Source: an uncultured delta proteobacterium (lineage in GTDB: Bacteria; Myxococcota_A; Polyangia; Polyangiales; Polyangiaceae). From it: DNA of 64,000 bases. Below, piece by piece: positions 33,864 to 44,692 of this stretch. Location of the stretch: NCBI GenBank assembly GCA_963806225.1, contig CAWDXG010000004.1, forward strand, positions 3,328,001 to 3,392,000, in the 5' to 3' direction. Both the position numbers and the translations under genes were made by a program. The notes below the pieces were generated by a model. That model was not told the origin of the DNA and ran no database searches. It saw nothing but the letters and a program-made list of their open reading frames with translations. The stretch's first letter is position 1, and each line of letters opens with the position of its first letter.

Positions 33864-34489
33864 GCCTCGGTCCAGCAGCGTCGCGGAAACTCCTGTTGGC
33901 CGGCCTTCTCGGCGCGCTTGCCGCCGGCTGTGGCAAGGCGCCGGTCAAGCAAGAGCCGGAGAAGGTCGATCCGGCACTCCAGGCCAACGTGCTCGACGCG
34001 GTCCCGAGCGACATCCAGCATCGCCTGTTCATCGACTTCGGCGGCAAGGTGCACCTGCTCGGCTACAACATCGAGCCCAAGGGCGTCGTCGCGCCCGGCC
34101 ACAAGGTCAAGCTGACCATGTTCTGGCAGCCGATCTCCCGGCTCGGACCAGGATGGAAGCTGTTCACCCACATCCTGGACGCGAGCGGGCGTCTGGTCGC
34201 CAACGACGACAACGACGGACCGCTGCGCACCCTGCACGACAACCACCAGGCGCTACCGCCCAGCAAGTGGCAGCGCGGCAAGGTCTACGTCGACGAGCAG
34301 GAGATCGAGGTCCCGGCGAAGATCGAATCGCCCGAGATCATCGTCACGGTCGGCATCTGGCGCGGCAGCACCCGCCTGGACGTGCTCAGCGGACTGTCGG
34401 ACGGCAAACACCGCGGCATCATCGCACACATCAAGACGGGGCTTTTGCCGCCGAAACCGGCGTCCAAGAAGCCGCCCAAGAAGTCCTGA
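33860..34489 (+). CDS. Lipoprotein with Ig-like domain
   Basis: Lipobox AAGC; ATGA overlap with ffh; paralogous to the N-terminal domain of the next gene. Confidence 0.85.
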
Positions 34490-34515
34490 AGAGAAAGATC
34501 ACCGGAGGGAATGAC

Positions 34516-35961
34516 ATGAACCGCACCATTGCGGCGCTTTCGCTTTTCGTGCTTTCGGGCTCCGTAGCCATGGCCGGTTGCGTGGGAGGGTCGTCCGACG
34601 TGAGCAAGAAGGAGAAGGCCAAGCTCAAGGCCTACATCCTCGACAAGCCACCGGCATCCATCCCCCAGAAGCTGAACATCAACTACGACAACAAGGAAAT
34701 CCTGCTCGGCTGCAAGGTGTCGCCGGCGGGACCCGTGACGCCGGGTCAGAAGGTCAAGCTGACCATGTACTGGCAGGCGAAGAAGAAGCTCGGCGACGGC
34801 TGGCAGCTCTTCACGCACGTGCTCGACGGGTCGGGGGAACGCATCCTGAACATCGACAACGTCGGCCCGCTGAGAACGGTCCGCGGCGATCACCAGGTCC
34901 TGGCTCCCGGCGAGTGGACGCCCGGCAAGGTGTACGTCGACGAGCAGACGTTCTCCGTGCCGAAGAAGGTCAAGACGAACCGCATCCAGGTGGTCACCGG
35001 CATCTGGAAGGGCAACGATCGGCTGAAGACGGTGAGCGGCCCGCACGACCGCGAGAACCGCGGCATCGTCATCAACATCCCGATCAAACGCGCGCACCCC
35101 ACCGCCACGAGCCTTGCCAGCGCGCGCGTTCCGGAGCTGCGCGTCGACCGGCTGCCCAAGGGCACCAAGCTCAAGATCGACGGCAAGCTGGACGAGGACG
35201 CCTGGAAGACCGCACCGACGGCGGGGCCGTTCGTGGATGTCCGCACGGGCAAGCCGAATCCGTCCTTCCCGGTCGGCGGCCGCGTGAAGATCCTCTACGA
35301 CAACCAGGATCTGTATCTGGGCTTCGACGTGACGGACAAGGACATCACCGGCGGGTTCAAGAAGGGCGAGAAGGACCCGCACCTGTGGACCAAGGACACC
35401 GTCGAGATCATGGTCGACCCCGACGGCGACGGTGACAACAAGGACTACTACGAGATCCAGGTAAGTCCGCAGAACCTCGTGTTCGACTCGCAGTTCGACG
35501 ACTACAACAAGCCCGAGAAGAAGCCGGACGGGCCCTTCGGGCACCAGGAGTGGTCAGCCAAGCTGACGAGTGCCGTCACGCTGAACGGCACGATCGACAA
35601 GCCGGGCGACAAGGACCAGGGCTACGTCGTCGAGGTGAAGATCCCGTGGAAGTCGTTCTCGAAGGCGAAGACGACGCCGCCGAAGACGGGCGACACCTGG
35701 CGCATGAACTTCTACGCGATGAAGAACAACAACGGAGTCGCCTGGTCGCCGATCCTGGGGCAGGGCAACTTCCACAAGGCCTCGCGGTTCGGCAGGGTGC
35801 TGTGGGCCGAGAAGGGCTGGAAGCCGCCCCAGGCGAAGAACGCGCCGCCGACCAGGCCGGGAATGCCTCCGGGCCTCAGGCCGCGATTGAAGCTGCCGAA
35901 CCTCGAGCACGCGCCGAAGTTCAAGCCACTACCGATCGGCACGCACACGGTCAACCGCTAG
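34516..35961 (+). CDS. Lipoprotein with Ig-like domain and CBM9-like sugar-binding domain
   Basis: GGAGG RBS; lipobox MAGC; KIDGKLDEDAW, LWTKDTVEI, YYEIQVSP, WRMNFY. Confidence 0.85.
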   Translation: MNRTIAALSLFVLSGSVAMAGCVGGSSDVSKKEKAKLKAYILDKPPASIPQKLNINYDNKEILLGCKVSPAGPVTPGQKVKLTMYWQAKKKLGDGWQLFTHVLDGSGERILNIDNVGPLRTVRGDHQVLAPGEWTPGKVYVDEQTFSVPKKVKTNRIQVVTGIWKGNDRLKTVSGPHDRENRGIVINIPIKRAHPTATSLASARVPELRVDRLPKGTKLKIDGKLDEDAWKTAPTAGPFVDVRTGKPNPSFPVGGRVKILYDNQDLYLGFDVTDKDITGGFKKGEKDPHLWTKDTVEIMVDPDGDGDNKDYYEIQVSPQNLVFDSQFDDYNKPEKKPDGPFGHQEWSAKLTSAVTLNGTIDKPGDKDQGYVVEVKIPWKSFSKAKTTPPKTGDTWRMNFYAMKNNNGVAWSPILGQGNFHKASRFGRVLWAEKGWKPPQAKNAPPTRPGMPPGLRPRLKLPNLEHAPKFKPLPIGTHTVNR

Positions 35962-36380
35962 TAGCGCCGCTCGACGGCGCCCTGCAGATCCGCGCAGTGG
36001 TGCGCCTGGCGCTCGGCCTTTTCGAGCTCCTGCTGCGCGGAAACGAGGCTCGCGGCAGCGCTCGGGGCTACGCCCGGGCCGCTGTCGCCCTGGAGCTCGC
36101 GGCGCACTCTGTGGGTGGCGGACAGCGCGTGGATCTGGTGTTGGTAGGCTTCGACACACGCGCGCTTGAGCTCGCACAGGTCCGGCGCGCTGCACGACAT
36201 GCGCTCGAGCGCAGCCAGGTAGGGCGCCTTCTTGTCGTTCGACGCATTGCGCAGATTGTCGACCGCGTGCGAGATGCGACCCGCTTCGGTGCGACGCGCC
36301 TGCTCGGCTTCGCCGTGACACCCCGCGATCAAGAGGAGCGCCGACAGCGCCCGTGCGGCGCTGCGGAAACCAGACCCCAC
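35958..36380 (-). CDS. Hypothetical lipoprotein
   Basis: Lipobox IAGC; helical composition. Confidence 0.65.
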   Translation of the reverse strand: MGSGFRSAARALSALLLIAGCHGEAEQARRTEAGRISHAVDNLRNASNDKKAPYLAALERMSCSAPDLCELKRACVEAYQHQIHALSATHRVRRELQGDSGPGVAPSAAASLVSAQQELEKAERQAHHCADLQGAVERRY

Positions 36381-36394
36381 CAGACGAGTGCGCC

Positions 36395-36931
36395 TCAGTC
36401 CGCGGCCTTCGGCGGCGGCCCCATCTGGATCCGCTCACCGAGGTACGCACCGATCAACGTGAAGAGGACGCCGAGCGCCGACATCAGCGCGTACATCCAC
36501 CACGGCATCGTCTTGACCGTCTGGCTGCGGAACAGCAGAAAAGCCGTGGGAATGGCCACCAGGAAGACGGCGACAACCGGTTCGACGAACGTCTTGCCGG
36601 GCGAGATCAGGCCGGTCAGCATGCCCCCGACGAACCAGACCGGAATCGAGATCATCATGCCGGCGGACCCCTCGAAGTCGAGCGCCGGAACGACCATCGG
36701 CAGGCCCATGACCAGCGCCGCGGTCAGAACGCCCGTGATGACGATCGAGATGGCAAACCACAGGACGCTGAAACCCTCCTGCTGGTAGCGCCGCTCGAGC
36801 TCTTCCTGCCGGGAGAGCGACCGCTTGAGATCCTCGATCTTCGCGCCGCACGAGACGCAGCGGTTGTTCAGGAGCGGAGCGCTATTCCTGAAGCCACAGG
36901 AGGGGCAGATGATGTTCTTCGCAGCAGCCAT
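36395..36931 (-). CDS. Zinc-ribbon membrane protein
   Basis: CPSC...CVSC followed by four TM helices; GGAG RBS before ATG 36931. Confidence 0.8.
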   Translation of the reverse strand: MAAAKNIICPSCGFRNSAPLLNNRCVSCGAKIEDLKRSLSRQEELERRYQQEGFSVLWFAISIVITGVLTAALVMGLPMVVPALDFEGSAGMMISIPVWFVGGMLTGLISPGKTFVEPVVAVFLVAIPTAFLLFRSQTVKTMPWWMYALMSALGVLFTLIGAYLGERIQMGPPPKAAD

Positions 36932-37126
36932 GGGACTCCGTAGGGGCCCCAGCCTAGCCCAAGTCAGGTCGGGCGGAAAACCCAGGAGCGCGGTCCTGCC
37001 CCGTCGGCAGCCCACCCGCCCCTGCCGTTTCGCGGTATACGACACCACACAGGCGGTTCAGCCGGCCGGAACCTCGCGGCTCCAGCCGGTGTCGGACCCG
37101 GGGACCCCCTCAAGCCGTCAGAGACC

Positions 37127-37783
37127 ATGTCCCGCCGTTCTCCAGCAGCCGAATTGACCCTTCCCGCGGGCGCGGAGCCCGATCCCGAGCTGGAAGCCCT
37201 GCCCGAGCCCAGGCGCCCGGGACGGCGGCTGACCCTGGTCGCGATGACGCTCACCGCGGTCGCAGCGCTGGCGATGGCTCTGACCCTGCGCGGGGAGGCC
37301 AGCTACGCGCTCGAAAAGGGGCCCCCGGTCGAGCTCGACGAGCTGACGCAGTTCAAGCCGCGCCCGGAGCTCGCCAATCGCTGGGTACATGGGGAAGCGC
37401 TGCTGGGCACGACCGGCGCCATCCGCTACGGGCGGCCCCTCGACGGCGACACTTTCCGGCTGGCCCCCGTCGCGGGAAACAACCACGTCTGGGTCGAGGT
37501 GCGCGTCCCCGAAGGCATGGAGGGTCCGCGTTTCGTCCCGCCCACGTCGTTCGTGGGTCGCTTGATCCCGTTCTCGCGCGCGGGCCTGCGCCACGACGGG
37601 TTGCCGGAAGCCGTCGCGGATGCGGGCAGCGCCCAGGTGCCGGCCGGGTCCTGGCTGCTCATCGACGGCGAGTCACCGAGCTCGACACGTTGGGCGTTCG
37701 GGCTCATCGCGCTTTTCGTCGGGTTCGCGGGCTTCAACCTGTGGGGGCTGTACAGGCTGCTCAGACCGGTGCGGGATGGCTGA
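37127..37783 (+). CDS. Hypothetical membrane protein
   Basis: N- and C-terminal TM segments; overlaps the thiO start. Confidence 0.75.
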   Translation: MSRRSPAAELTLPAGAEPDPELEALPEPRRPGRRLTLVAMTLTAVAALAMALTLRGEASYALEKGPPVELDELTQFKPRPELANRWVHGEALLGTTGAIRYGRPLDGDTFRLAPVAGNNHVWVEVRVPEGMEGPRFVPPTSFVGRLIPFSRAGLRHDGLPEAVADAGSAQVPAGSWLLIDGESPSSTRWAFGLIALFVGFAGFNLWGLYRLLRPVRDG

Positions 37784-38921
37784 CAAGAAGCGTCGCAAGA
37801 CACACAAGCGCGCCGACGTGCTGATCGTCGGCGGCGGCATCATGGGTTGCGCCAGCGCGTGGGAGCTCGCGCGGCGGGGGCTCTCGGTCACCGTCCTCGA
37901 GCGCAGCGTCCCGGGCGCCGAGGCGTCCAGCGCCGCCGCGGGCATCATCGGCGCGCAGGCCGAAGCCCACGCCGAGGGCCCGATGACGGACCTGTCGCTC
38001 CTGAGCCGTACGCGCTATCCGCGCTGGCAGAAGGCGCTCCAGGCCGCGACGGGCATCGACGTCGGCTACCGGGAGAGCGGCCTTCTGCGCGTGGGCTTCG
38101 ACAAGCAGGCCGTCGACACGCTGGCCGCCGGCACGCGCTGGCAGCGCCGGCAGAAGCTCGGCGTGGAACGACTGGGATCGCGGCAGCTCCACGCACTCGA
38201 GCCGTCGCTGGGCGCGCGCGCCGTCGGCGGAGTGCACTTTCCGGGCGACGGCCGCGTCGATCCGCGGCTGCTGCTGCGCGCGCTGCACATCGCCGCCCAG
38301 CAGGCCGGCGTGGAATTCCGGACGGGCGCGTACGTCCGCCGCGTGCTGGAAAAGGCTGGACGCGCCCGCGGAGTGGAGCTCGAGGACGGCAGCGAAGTCC
38401 CGGCGGACCAGGTGGTGGTCGCCGCCGGCAGCTGGACCACGCTGGTCGAGGGCGTACGACTGAGGTCGGGCGCGGTGCGGCCAGCGCGCGGCCAGATCGT
38501 CGAGCTGGTCGCGCCCAGGCCGTACATCCAACGCGTCGTGTTCGGGCCACGCTGCTACATCGTGCCGCGGGACGACGGCCGCATGCTGGTCGGCTCCACG
38601 CTCGAATTCGTCGGCTACAGGCGCGAGGTCACCGCACGCGCGGTGCGCGACCTGCTCGACGCCGCGATCGAGCTGGTGCCCGAGCTCGCCGAGGCGACAC
38701 CGGGGGGCACCTGGTCGAACTTCCGCCCCTACACCGACGACGAGCTGCCGCTGCTCGGCCCGAGCGGCGTCGCGGGGCTCACCCTGGCCACGGGCCACTA
38801 CCGCACGGGGATCCTGCTCGCTCCCATCACGGCCGAGATCGTCAGCGCCGTGGTGCGGGGCAAGCCCCCGCCGCTGCCGCTCGAACCGTTCGATCCGCAG
38901 CGTCCGGGCGCCGCGGCCTGA
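37776..38921 (+). CDS. thiO: Glycine oxidase ThiO (FAD-dependent)
   Basis: IVGGGIMG, ASSAAAG, VRPARGQ, GHYRTGILLAP. Confidence 0.85.
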   Translation: MADKKRRKTHKRADVLIVGGGIMGCASAWELARRGLSVTVLERSVPGAEASSAAAGIIGAQAEAHAEGPMTDLSLLSRTRYPRWQKALQAATGIDVGYRESGLLRVGFDKQAVDTLAAGTRWQRRQKLGVERLGSRQLHALEPSLGARAVGGVHFPGDGRVDPRLLLRALHIAAQQAGVEFRTGAYVRRVLEKAGRARGVELEDGSEVPADQVVVAAGSWTTLVEGVRLRSGAVRPARGQIVELVAPRPYIQRVVFGPRCYIVPRDDGRMLVGSTLEFVGYRREVTARAVRDLLDAAIELVPELAEATPGGTWSNFRPYTDDELPLLGPSGVAGLTLATGHYRTGILLAPITAEIVSAVVRGKPPPLPLEPFDPQRPGAAA

Positions 38922-38985
38922 CGCGGCATCGTCCCGCGCCCCGACACGGGACACGCCCCGTGCCGGGGTGCTATGGACGCGGCTG

Positions 38986-40026
38986 ATGGCGATCACGTAC
39001 CGGGAGGCGGGCGTCGATATCGGCGCAGGTGAAGCGCTGGTCGAGCGGATCAAGCCGCTGGCCAGGAGCACGCGCATCGCCGAGGTCGTGGAGGACGTGG
39101 GCGGCTTCGCCGGCCTGTGCGGCCTGCCCGGAGACATCGAGGACCCGCTGCTGGTGAGCGGCACCGACGGAGTCGGCACGAAGCTCAAGGTTGCGTTCGC
39201 TACCGGCGTCCACGGCAGCATCGGGCAGGATCTCGTCGCCATGTGCGTGAACGACATCGTCACCACCGGCGCGCGGCCGCTGTTCTTCCTCGACTACTTC
39301 GCCTGCGGGGAGCTCGACGTGGACGTGGCCGAAAGCGTGGTCTCCGGCATCGCGGAGGGCTGCCGTCAGGCCGGCTGCGCGCTGCTCGGTGGCGAGACGG
39401 CCGAGCTGCCAGGCATGTATGCAAAGGGCGAATACAATCTGGCCGGCTTCGCGGTCGGTGTCGTGTCGCGCCGCGCGCTGCTCGGCCCGGCGCGCGTGGA
39501 GCCTGGAGACGAGCTGGTCGCCGTCACCTCGAGTGGGCTGCACTCGAACGGCTACTCGCTGGCGCGCCGCGTGCTCGAGAAGGAGATGGGCCTGTCCTTC
39601 GACGCTCACCTCGAGGGGCTCGACTCCACGCTCGGGGAGGCCCTGCTCACACCGACGCGCATCTACGCGCGCGCCGTCGCGGCAGCGCGCGCGGCCCTCG
39701 GCAACGGACTGCACGCGCTCAGCCACATCACCGGCGGTGGGCTGCCCGGCAACCTCCCGCGGGTGCTGCCGGATGGCACGCGGGCCGAGCTGACCCTGCC
39801 GGCGCCTCCCGCACTGTTCGAGCTGATCGCCCGCGGCGGGCCGGTGGACGAGGACGAGATGCGGCGCACCTTCAACCTCGGCGTCGGCCTGGTCGCCGTC
39901 GTGGCCGCCGGCTCCGCCGACGCGGCGATCGCGGCCTTCGAGGCCTCGGGAGAGCGCGCATTCCGCCTCGGACAGGTCCACGCCGGGCCCGCCGGCTCGA
40001 CAGCGGACGTACAGTTCGTAGGCTGA
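38986..40026 (+). CDS. purM: Phosphoribosylformylglycinamidine cyclo-ligase
   Basis: YREAGVDI, GTDGVGTKL, GGETAELP, GLHSNGYSL, HITGGG, TFNLGVG. Confidence 0.97.
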   Translation: MAITYREAGVDIGAGEALVERIKPLARSTRIAEVVEDVGGFAGLCGLPGDIEDPLLVSGTDGVGTKLKVAFATGVHGSIGQDLVAMCVNDIVTTGARPLFFLDYFACGELDVDVAESVVSGIAEGCRQAGCALLGGETAELPGMYAKGEYNLAGFAVGVVSRRALLGPARVEPGDELVAVTSSGLHSNGYSLARRVLEKEMGLSFDAHLEGLDSTLGEALLTPTRIYARAVAAARAALGNGLHALSHITGGGLPGNLPRVLPDGTRAELTLPAPPALFELIARGGPVDEDEMRRTFNLGVGLVAVVAAGSADAAIAAFEASGERAFRLGQVHAGPAGSTADVQFVG

Positions 40027-40032
40027 ACGGCC

Positions 40033-40677
40033 ATGTCGGACCGAGCCCCCTCGCTGGATCTCGGCGTCCTGGTCTCGGGACGCGGCTCGAACCTGCAGGC
40101 CATCCTCGACGCCATCGCCGACGGCGCGCTCGACGCGAGAGTACGCCTGGTGATCTCCAACAAGCCGGGCGCCCAGGCGCTGGAGCGCGCGGAGAAGGCC
40201 GGCGTCACAACGCGCACAATCCCGCATCGCGGGTTCGAGTCGCGGGAAGCCTTCGACGCAGCGCTGGTCGAGGCGCTCCGCGAAGCCGGCGTGCAGTGGG
40301 TCGTGCTGGCCGGGTTCATGCGGCTGCTCACGCCGACTTTCCTCGGCGCGTTCGGCGGCCGCATCCTGAACATCCACCCGTCGCTGCTGCCGGCATTCCC
40401 GGGCGCCCACGCGCATCGCGACGCGATCGACTACGGCGTCAAGGTCACGGGCTGCACGGTGCACCTGGTAGACGAGGGCGTGGACACGGGACCCATCGTC
40501 GCGCAGCGCGCCATCGCGGTACGCGACGACGACGACGAGCAGAGCCTCGCCGCCCGCCTGCTCCACGAGGAGCACGCGCTGCTGGTGGAGGTGCTGCGCT
40601 GGATCGCCGCCGATCGCCTGACAGTGGAGCCGGGCAGCGAGGGCCGTCGCCCGCGCGGCATCACGAGGCCGGCGTGA
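40033..40677 (+). CDS. purN: Phosphoribosylglycinamide formyltransferase
   Basis: SGRGSNLQA, LAGFMR, NIHPSLLP, DTGPI. Confidence 0.97.
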   Translation: MSDRAPSLDLGVLVSGRGSNLQAILDAIADGALDARVRLVISNKPGAQALERAEKAGVTTRTIPHRGFESREAFDAALVEALREAGVQWVVLAGFMRLLTPTFLGAFGGRILNIHPSLLPAFPGAHAHRDAIDYGVKVTGCTVHLVDEGVDTGPIVAQRAIAVRDDDDEQSLAARLLHEEHALLVEVLRWIAADRLTVEPGSEGRRPRGITRPA

Positions 40678-42242
40678 CGACGACGCGGCACTACGACGTC
40701 GTCGTGCTCGGCCGGTCGCTGGGCGCGCTGTCGGCGGCGGCGCTGCTGGCCCGGCGCGATTTCCGCGTGCTGCTGCTCGGCCAGGGCGAGCCGCCGGCGG
40801 ACTATCACTTCGATCGGCATCTGCTCAAGCGCCGCGCCTTCACGCTGCTCGCCGGCTCCTCGCCGGCATGGCGCCGCATCCTGCACGAGCTGGCGCAGAG
40901 CCCCCGCTTCCGGCGCAGGACGCAGGCGCTCGACCCGATGTTCGTCGTGATGAGCGAAGGGCGCCGCGTCGAGGTGCCGCCCGACATGGATCTGTTCGCG
41001 CGCGAGGTGGATCGCGAATTCCCCGAGGTGCGGCAGCTGGTCGACGAGCTGTACGCTAGCTTCGCGCAGGTCAACGCCGCCGCCGACGCGACCTTCGAGC
41101 GGGACGCCGTGTGGCCGCCGGGAAACGTATGGGAACGCATTGAAACCGGGCGCGCCGCCGCCTCGCTGCCATTCGTCAGCGGAGATTCCCAGCAGGAAAT
41201 ACTTGGCAAGTTTCCCGCTGGTCATCCGTACCGCGAGCTCACGGCGCTGCCAGCGGTGTTCGCCTCCAATCTGTCGGTTCCCGGGGATCAGCTTCCGCAG
41301 TTCGCGCTGGCACGACTGCATGGAGCCTGGACGCGCGGCGTGCTGGCACTGGAGCGGGGCGAGGACGAGCTGGCCGAGTTCTTGATCGATCGCATCCAGG
41401 CCCACGGCGGCGAGTGTCGCCTCGATCAGCGAGCAACCGAGCTCGTGGTCCGCCGCGGCGCCGTCGCCGGAATCCTGGAAGACGGCGAGGAAGCGCCGAC
41501 CGGCGCCAGTGCAGTCATCAGCGACCAGAGCGGCGAGGCCCTCGCGGCTCTGGCCGCCGGCGAAGGCATCACCAAGCGCGCGCAACGCGACTGGCCTCGT
41601 CTCTCGGCTGCGGCAGGTCGTTTCGTCGTGAGCCTCGTCGTCGATAGCGAAGCCCTGCCCGAGCCGTTGGCACGGGAAGCGTTCCTGATCCCGCCCGGAA
41701 CAGGGCGCCCCGATCCGCGACGCCCCGTCGTGCACCTGCAGCGACTGCCGGCCGCCGCCGATCCGGCGTCGCACTCGAAGGCCGAAACGGTGCTGGTCGC
41801 CGAAACGATCCTGCCCACCCGCGGGCCGCTCACGCTACTGGAGGCGCGCGAAGCCGTGCTGGGCACGTTGCGCTCTCATCTGCCGTTCATCGACGAACAC
41901 CTCGTGGTCGTCGACTCGCCCCACGACGGTCTACCGCTGTACGATTTCAGTACAGGGACGCGGCGCGAGATCGATCGCATCCACGTGCCCGATGGGTCAC
42001 CGGGACCGGAGCCCATGCAGTGGCAATGGACCGTCGACCCACCCGGATACCTGGACCTCGCCGGCGAGCCCGTTCGCGGCCCCATCCCTGGCACCTACCT
42101 GGTCGGTCCCACCGTGCTGCCCGCGCTTGGACAGGAAGGCGAGCTGATCGCCGCTTGGGGCGCGGCGCGCCTGATCACGAAGAAGGACCGGAACCGGCAG
42201 AAGATGCGCCGGCAGATGTGGACCAAGATCGAAACCGGTTGA
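40674..42242 (+). CDS. Phytoene dehydrogenase-like flavoprotein
   Basis: GTGA overlap with purN; YDVVVLGRSLGALSAAALLAR Rossmann-like start; C-terminal PALGQEGE. Confidence 0.75.
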   Translation: MTTTRHYDVVVLGRSLGALSAAALLARRDFRVLLLGQGEPPADYHFDRHLLKRRAFTLLAGSSPAWRRILHELAQSPRFRRRTQALDPMFVVMSEGRRVEVPPDMDLFAREVDREFPEVRQLVDELYASFAQVNAAADATFERDAVWPPGNVWERIETGRAAASLPFVSGDSQQEILGKFPAGHPYRELTALPAVFASNLSVPGDQLPQFALARLHGAWTRGVLALERGEDELAEFLIDRIQAHGGECRLDQRATELVVRRGAVAGILEDGEEAPTGASAVISDQSGEALAALAAGEGITKRAQRDWPRLSAAAGRFVVSLVVDSEALPEPLAREAFLIPPGTGRPDPRRPVVHLQRLPAAADPASHSKAETVLVAETILPTRGPLTLLEAREAVLGTLRSHLPFIDEHLVVVDSPHDGLPLYDFSTGTRREIDRIHVPDGSPGPEPMQWQWTVDPPGYLDLAGEPVRGPIPGTYLVGPTVLPALGQEGELIAAWGAARLITKKDRNRQKMRRQMWTKIETG

Positions 42243-42303
42243 GGCCGCGACAAGCTCGCCGATCAGGTCCCGCCATCCCGAAAAACCCGGTATAGTCCAC
42301 GGG

Positions 42304-43455
42304 ATGATGCGACGTACCCTGACCGTCCTGGCCCTGTTTCTGGCAACGCTGGCTGCGCTCCCTGCGCGCGCCCAGAGTGCGGATTCGCAGAAGGTCCAGG
42401 TGCTGACATTCATGAGCGACAAGGGCTTCCAGCAGGCCCAGGCTCTGACCATCGCGCTCAAGCGCGCCGTCACCCGCGCCGACGGCTGGACGCTGGGCAA
42501 GGGCGACTTCTCGCTCGAGGTACTCGTAGCGGCGCTCAACTGTCCGTCGCCGCCGGACAGCGCGTGCCAGAAGAAGATCAGCGCCAAGGTGGGCACCAAC
42601 CGCTACGTCTGGGGCACGCTCAAGCTCGAAGGCAAGCAGGTCGTGGCGATTCTGCATATGTGGGAAAACGGTTCCGAGAAGCAGCAGACCACGCTCCGGT
42701 ACAGCGCCAACCTTACCGATCCTTCCGACGACTCCTTGCTCAAGATCGCCGAGGACGGCTTTTCGAACCTCGTCGGCGCTGCAGAAGGCAAGCTCGAGTT
42801 GACCGCGGGAAGTGTCACCGGCGACGTGCTGGTCGACGGGCAGCGCGCAGGCAAGATTTCGGGCGGGCACGCCGAGCTCAGCTTACCTGCCGGCGATCAC
42901 GAGGTGCGGGTACGCGCCAGCGGCTACCACGAGGCCACCGGCACCGTATCCATCAAGTCCGGCAGCAGCGCCCGGCTGGAGCTCTACCCTTCCCCCGTCG
43001 CGGGCGCCGGCGCCCCCGGCGACCACGGCCCCGCGGGCCCGACGGACTATCGCAGCATCGCCGGTTGGGCGACGCTGGGCGTCGGCGGCGCAGTCGCGCT
43101 GACAGGCGGCTACTTCTGGCTGAAGAGCTTCCTGCAGTCGCAGAGCCCGCCCGACTACTACACGGACTACAAGAAGGGGGACGTCGGCAACAGCAAGTAC
43201 AAGTCCGACATCTGCGCAGGGGCGCGTAGCAAGGAATACCCCAACCCGCAGGTCGCCGACTACTGCGACAAGAACACCAAGACGAAGACCGTCGCCTTCA
43301 TCCTGGTTCCGGTCGGCGTGGTGATCGCTGGCGTAGGCACCTACCTGCTGCTCACGGACGAACCGAGCAAGGCAGAGAAGGACACGGGGAAGCTCCAGCC
43401 CAGCTTCGCGATCGGGCCCAATGGCGGCCGCCTCGACGTCAGCATGGCGTTCTGA
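42304..43455 (+). CDS. PEGA-domain exported protein
   Basis: Signal peptide; VLVDG...LPAGDHEVRVRASGY; two hydrophobic segments; C-terminal Phe. Confidence 0.85.
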   Translation: MMRRTLTVLALFLATLAALPARAQSADSQKVQVLTFMSDKGFQQAQALTIALKRAVTRADGWTLGKGDFSLEVLVAALNCPSPPDSACQKKISAKVGTNRYVWGTLKLEGKQVVAILHMWENGSEKQQTTLRYSANLTDPSDDSLLKIAEDGFSNLVGAAEGKLELTAGSVTGDVLVDGQRAGKISGGHAELSLPAGDHEVRVRASGYHEATGTVSIKSGSSARLELYPSPVAGAGAPGDHGPAGPTDYRSIAGWATLGVGGAVALTGGYFWLKSFLQSQSPPDYYTDYKKGDVGNSKYKSDICAGARSKEYPNPQVADYCDKNTKTKTVAFILVPVGVVIAGVGTYLLLTDEPSKAEKDTGKLQPSFAIGPNGGRLDVSMAF

Positions 43456-43461
43456 GTCGGG

Positions 43462-44031
43462 GTGCGGGTCGTCGCCGGAGCACTGCGCGGTCGTCCCCTG
43501 CGCGCGCCACGCGGCAGCCGTACCCGCCCCACAGCTGATCGGGTACGCCAAGCCCTGTTCTCCGTGCTCGGCGACATACAGGGAGCGCGCGTCGCCGATC
43601 TGTATGCGGGAAGCGGTGCGCTGGGGATCGAAGCACTATCGCGCGGCGCGGAGCACGCGGTGTTCGTGGAGTCGTCGCGCGCTGCGCTCGATGCGATCCG
43701 CCACAACCTGCATTCGCTCGGCATCGAGCAGCAGGGCACGGTGCTGCCGTTGCGCGTCGAACGCGCGTCCCGCGCGCTCGACGAACATGGCCCCTACGAC
43801 CTCGTGCTGTGCGACCCACCCTGGCCGGAGCTCGAGCGGGCGCTGGCCGCACTCGGACGCACGCTCGACCCGGGCCAGCTCTGCCCCGGAGCGCGCGTGG
43901 TCATCGAACACCCGGCCCAGAGGCCGGTCACGATCCCGGCATCGCTCGGGCTCGAACGCTTCGATGAACGGCGTTGGGGAGATTCCGCTGCTTCCCTGTT
44001 CGTCCGCAAGGAAATCGACATTTCTGCCTAA
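43462..44031 (+). CDS. rsmD: 16S rRNA m2G966 methyltransferase
   Basis: MRVVAG, TRPTADRVR, DLYAGSGALGIEALSRGA, DPPW. Confidence 0.93.
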   Translation: MRVVAGALRGRPLRAPRGSRTRPTADRVRQALFSVLGDIQGARVADLYAGSGALGIEALSRGAEHAVFVESSRAALDAIRHNLHSLGIEQQGTVLPLRVERASRALDEHGPYDLVLCDPPWPELERALAALGRTLDPGQLCPGARVVIEHPAQRPVTIPASLGLERFDERRWGDSAASLFVRKEIDISA

Positions 44032-44107
44032 CCCCCTATCGTCCCCGCCGCGGTGAAAGCTATAGTTCCGCTCCAGTCGGAATCTAGAGCATTGTCCGGA
44101 GTACTTG

Positions 44108-44692
44108 ATGCCTGAATCGTCCCTGCCCCCTCCGCCCAAACACGGAGGCAGCAGAGGCTTCATCGCTGCGGCGGTCGTCATGCTGCTGTTGATGGGGGGC
44201 CTCATCTACTGGAAGGTGAGCGGCAAGAAACCGCCGCCGCCGCCGCCGCCGCCGCCGGTTGCAAGCGCGAAGGTGCCGGTGCTCGAGGAGCCTCCTCCTC
44301 CGCCACCACCCAAGATCGAAGCCGATGAGGCGGGAGCGCCGAAAGTTGAAACGCACCACGGCACCTACCACGCCAACACCGGCTGCACCGGCACATGCAA
44401 AGGCACAGCCACCGGCGCGCTCCGCTCCGCGCTCCGCGGCAGAGCCGGCCAGGCGAGAGGCTGCTACGAGCGCGCCCTGCGCACGAATGCGACGTTGAAA
44501 GGCCGCCTCGTCGTGAACGTCCGGCTCGGCCCGCAGGGTCAGGTCTGCAGCGCCTCGGTGGGCTCCAACGCCCTGGGCGACCCGGCCGTGGCCGCCTGCG
44601 TCGTGCAGATGTTCCGCAGCGGGAAGTACCCCGCCCCCGAAGGGGGTTGCGTCGACACCGCAGTTCCGATGAACTTCGTACCGAAGTCATGA
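44108..44692 (+). CDS. AgmX/PglI C-terminal (TonB-C-like) domain membrane protein
   Basis: TM, poly-Pro linker, CYERAL...LKGRL...VAACV...VPMNF. Confidence 0.8.
   Translation: MPESSLPPPPKHGGSRGFIAAAVVMLLLMGGLIYWKVSGKKPPPPPPPPPVASAKVPVLEEPPPPPPPKIEADEAGAPKVETHHGTYHANTGCTGTCKGTATGALRSALRGRAGQARGCYERALRTNATLKGRLVVNVRLGPQGQVCSASVGSNALGDPAVAACVVQMFRSGKYPAPEGGCVDTAVPMNFVPKS

Noticed and set aside
39117..42242. 1041-aa ORF as a single fusion protein
   Set aside because: The first half is an off-frame overlap of purM and purN; the real gene starts at GTG 40674
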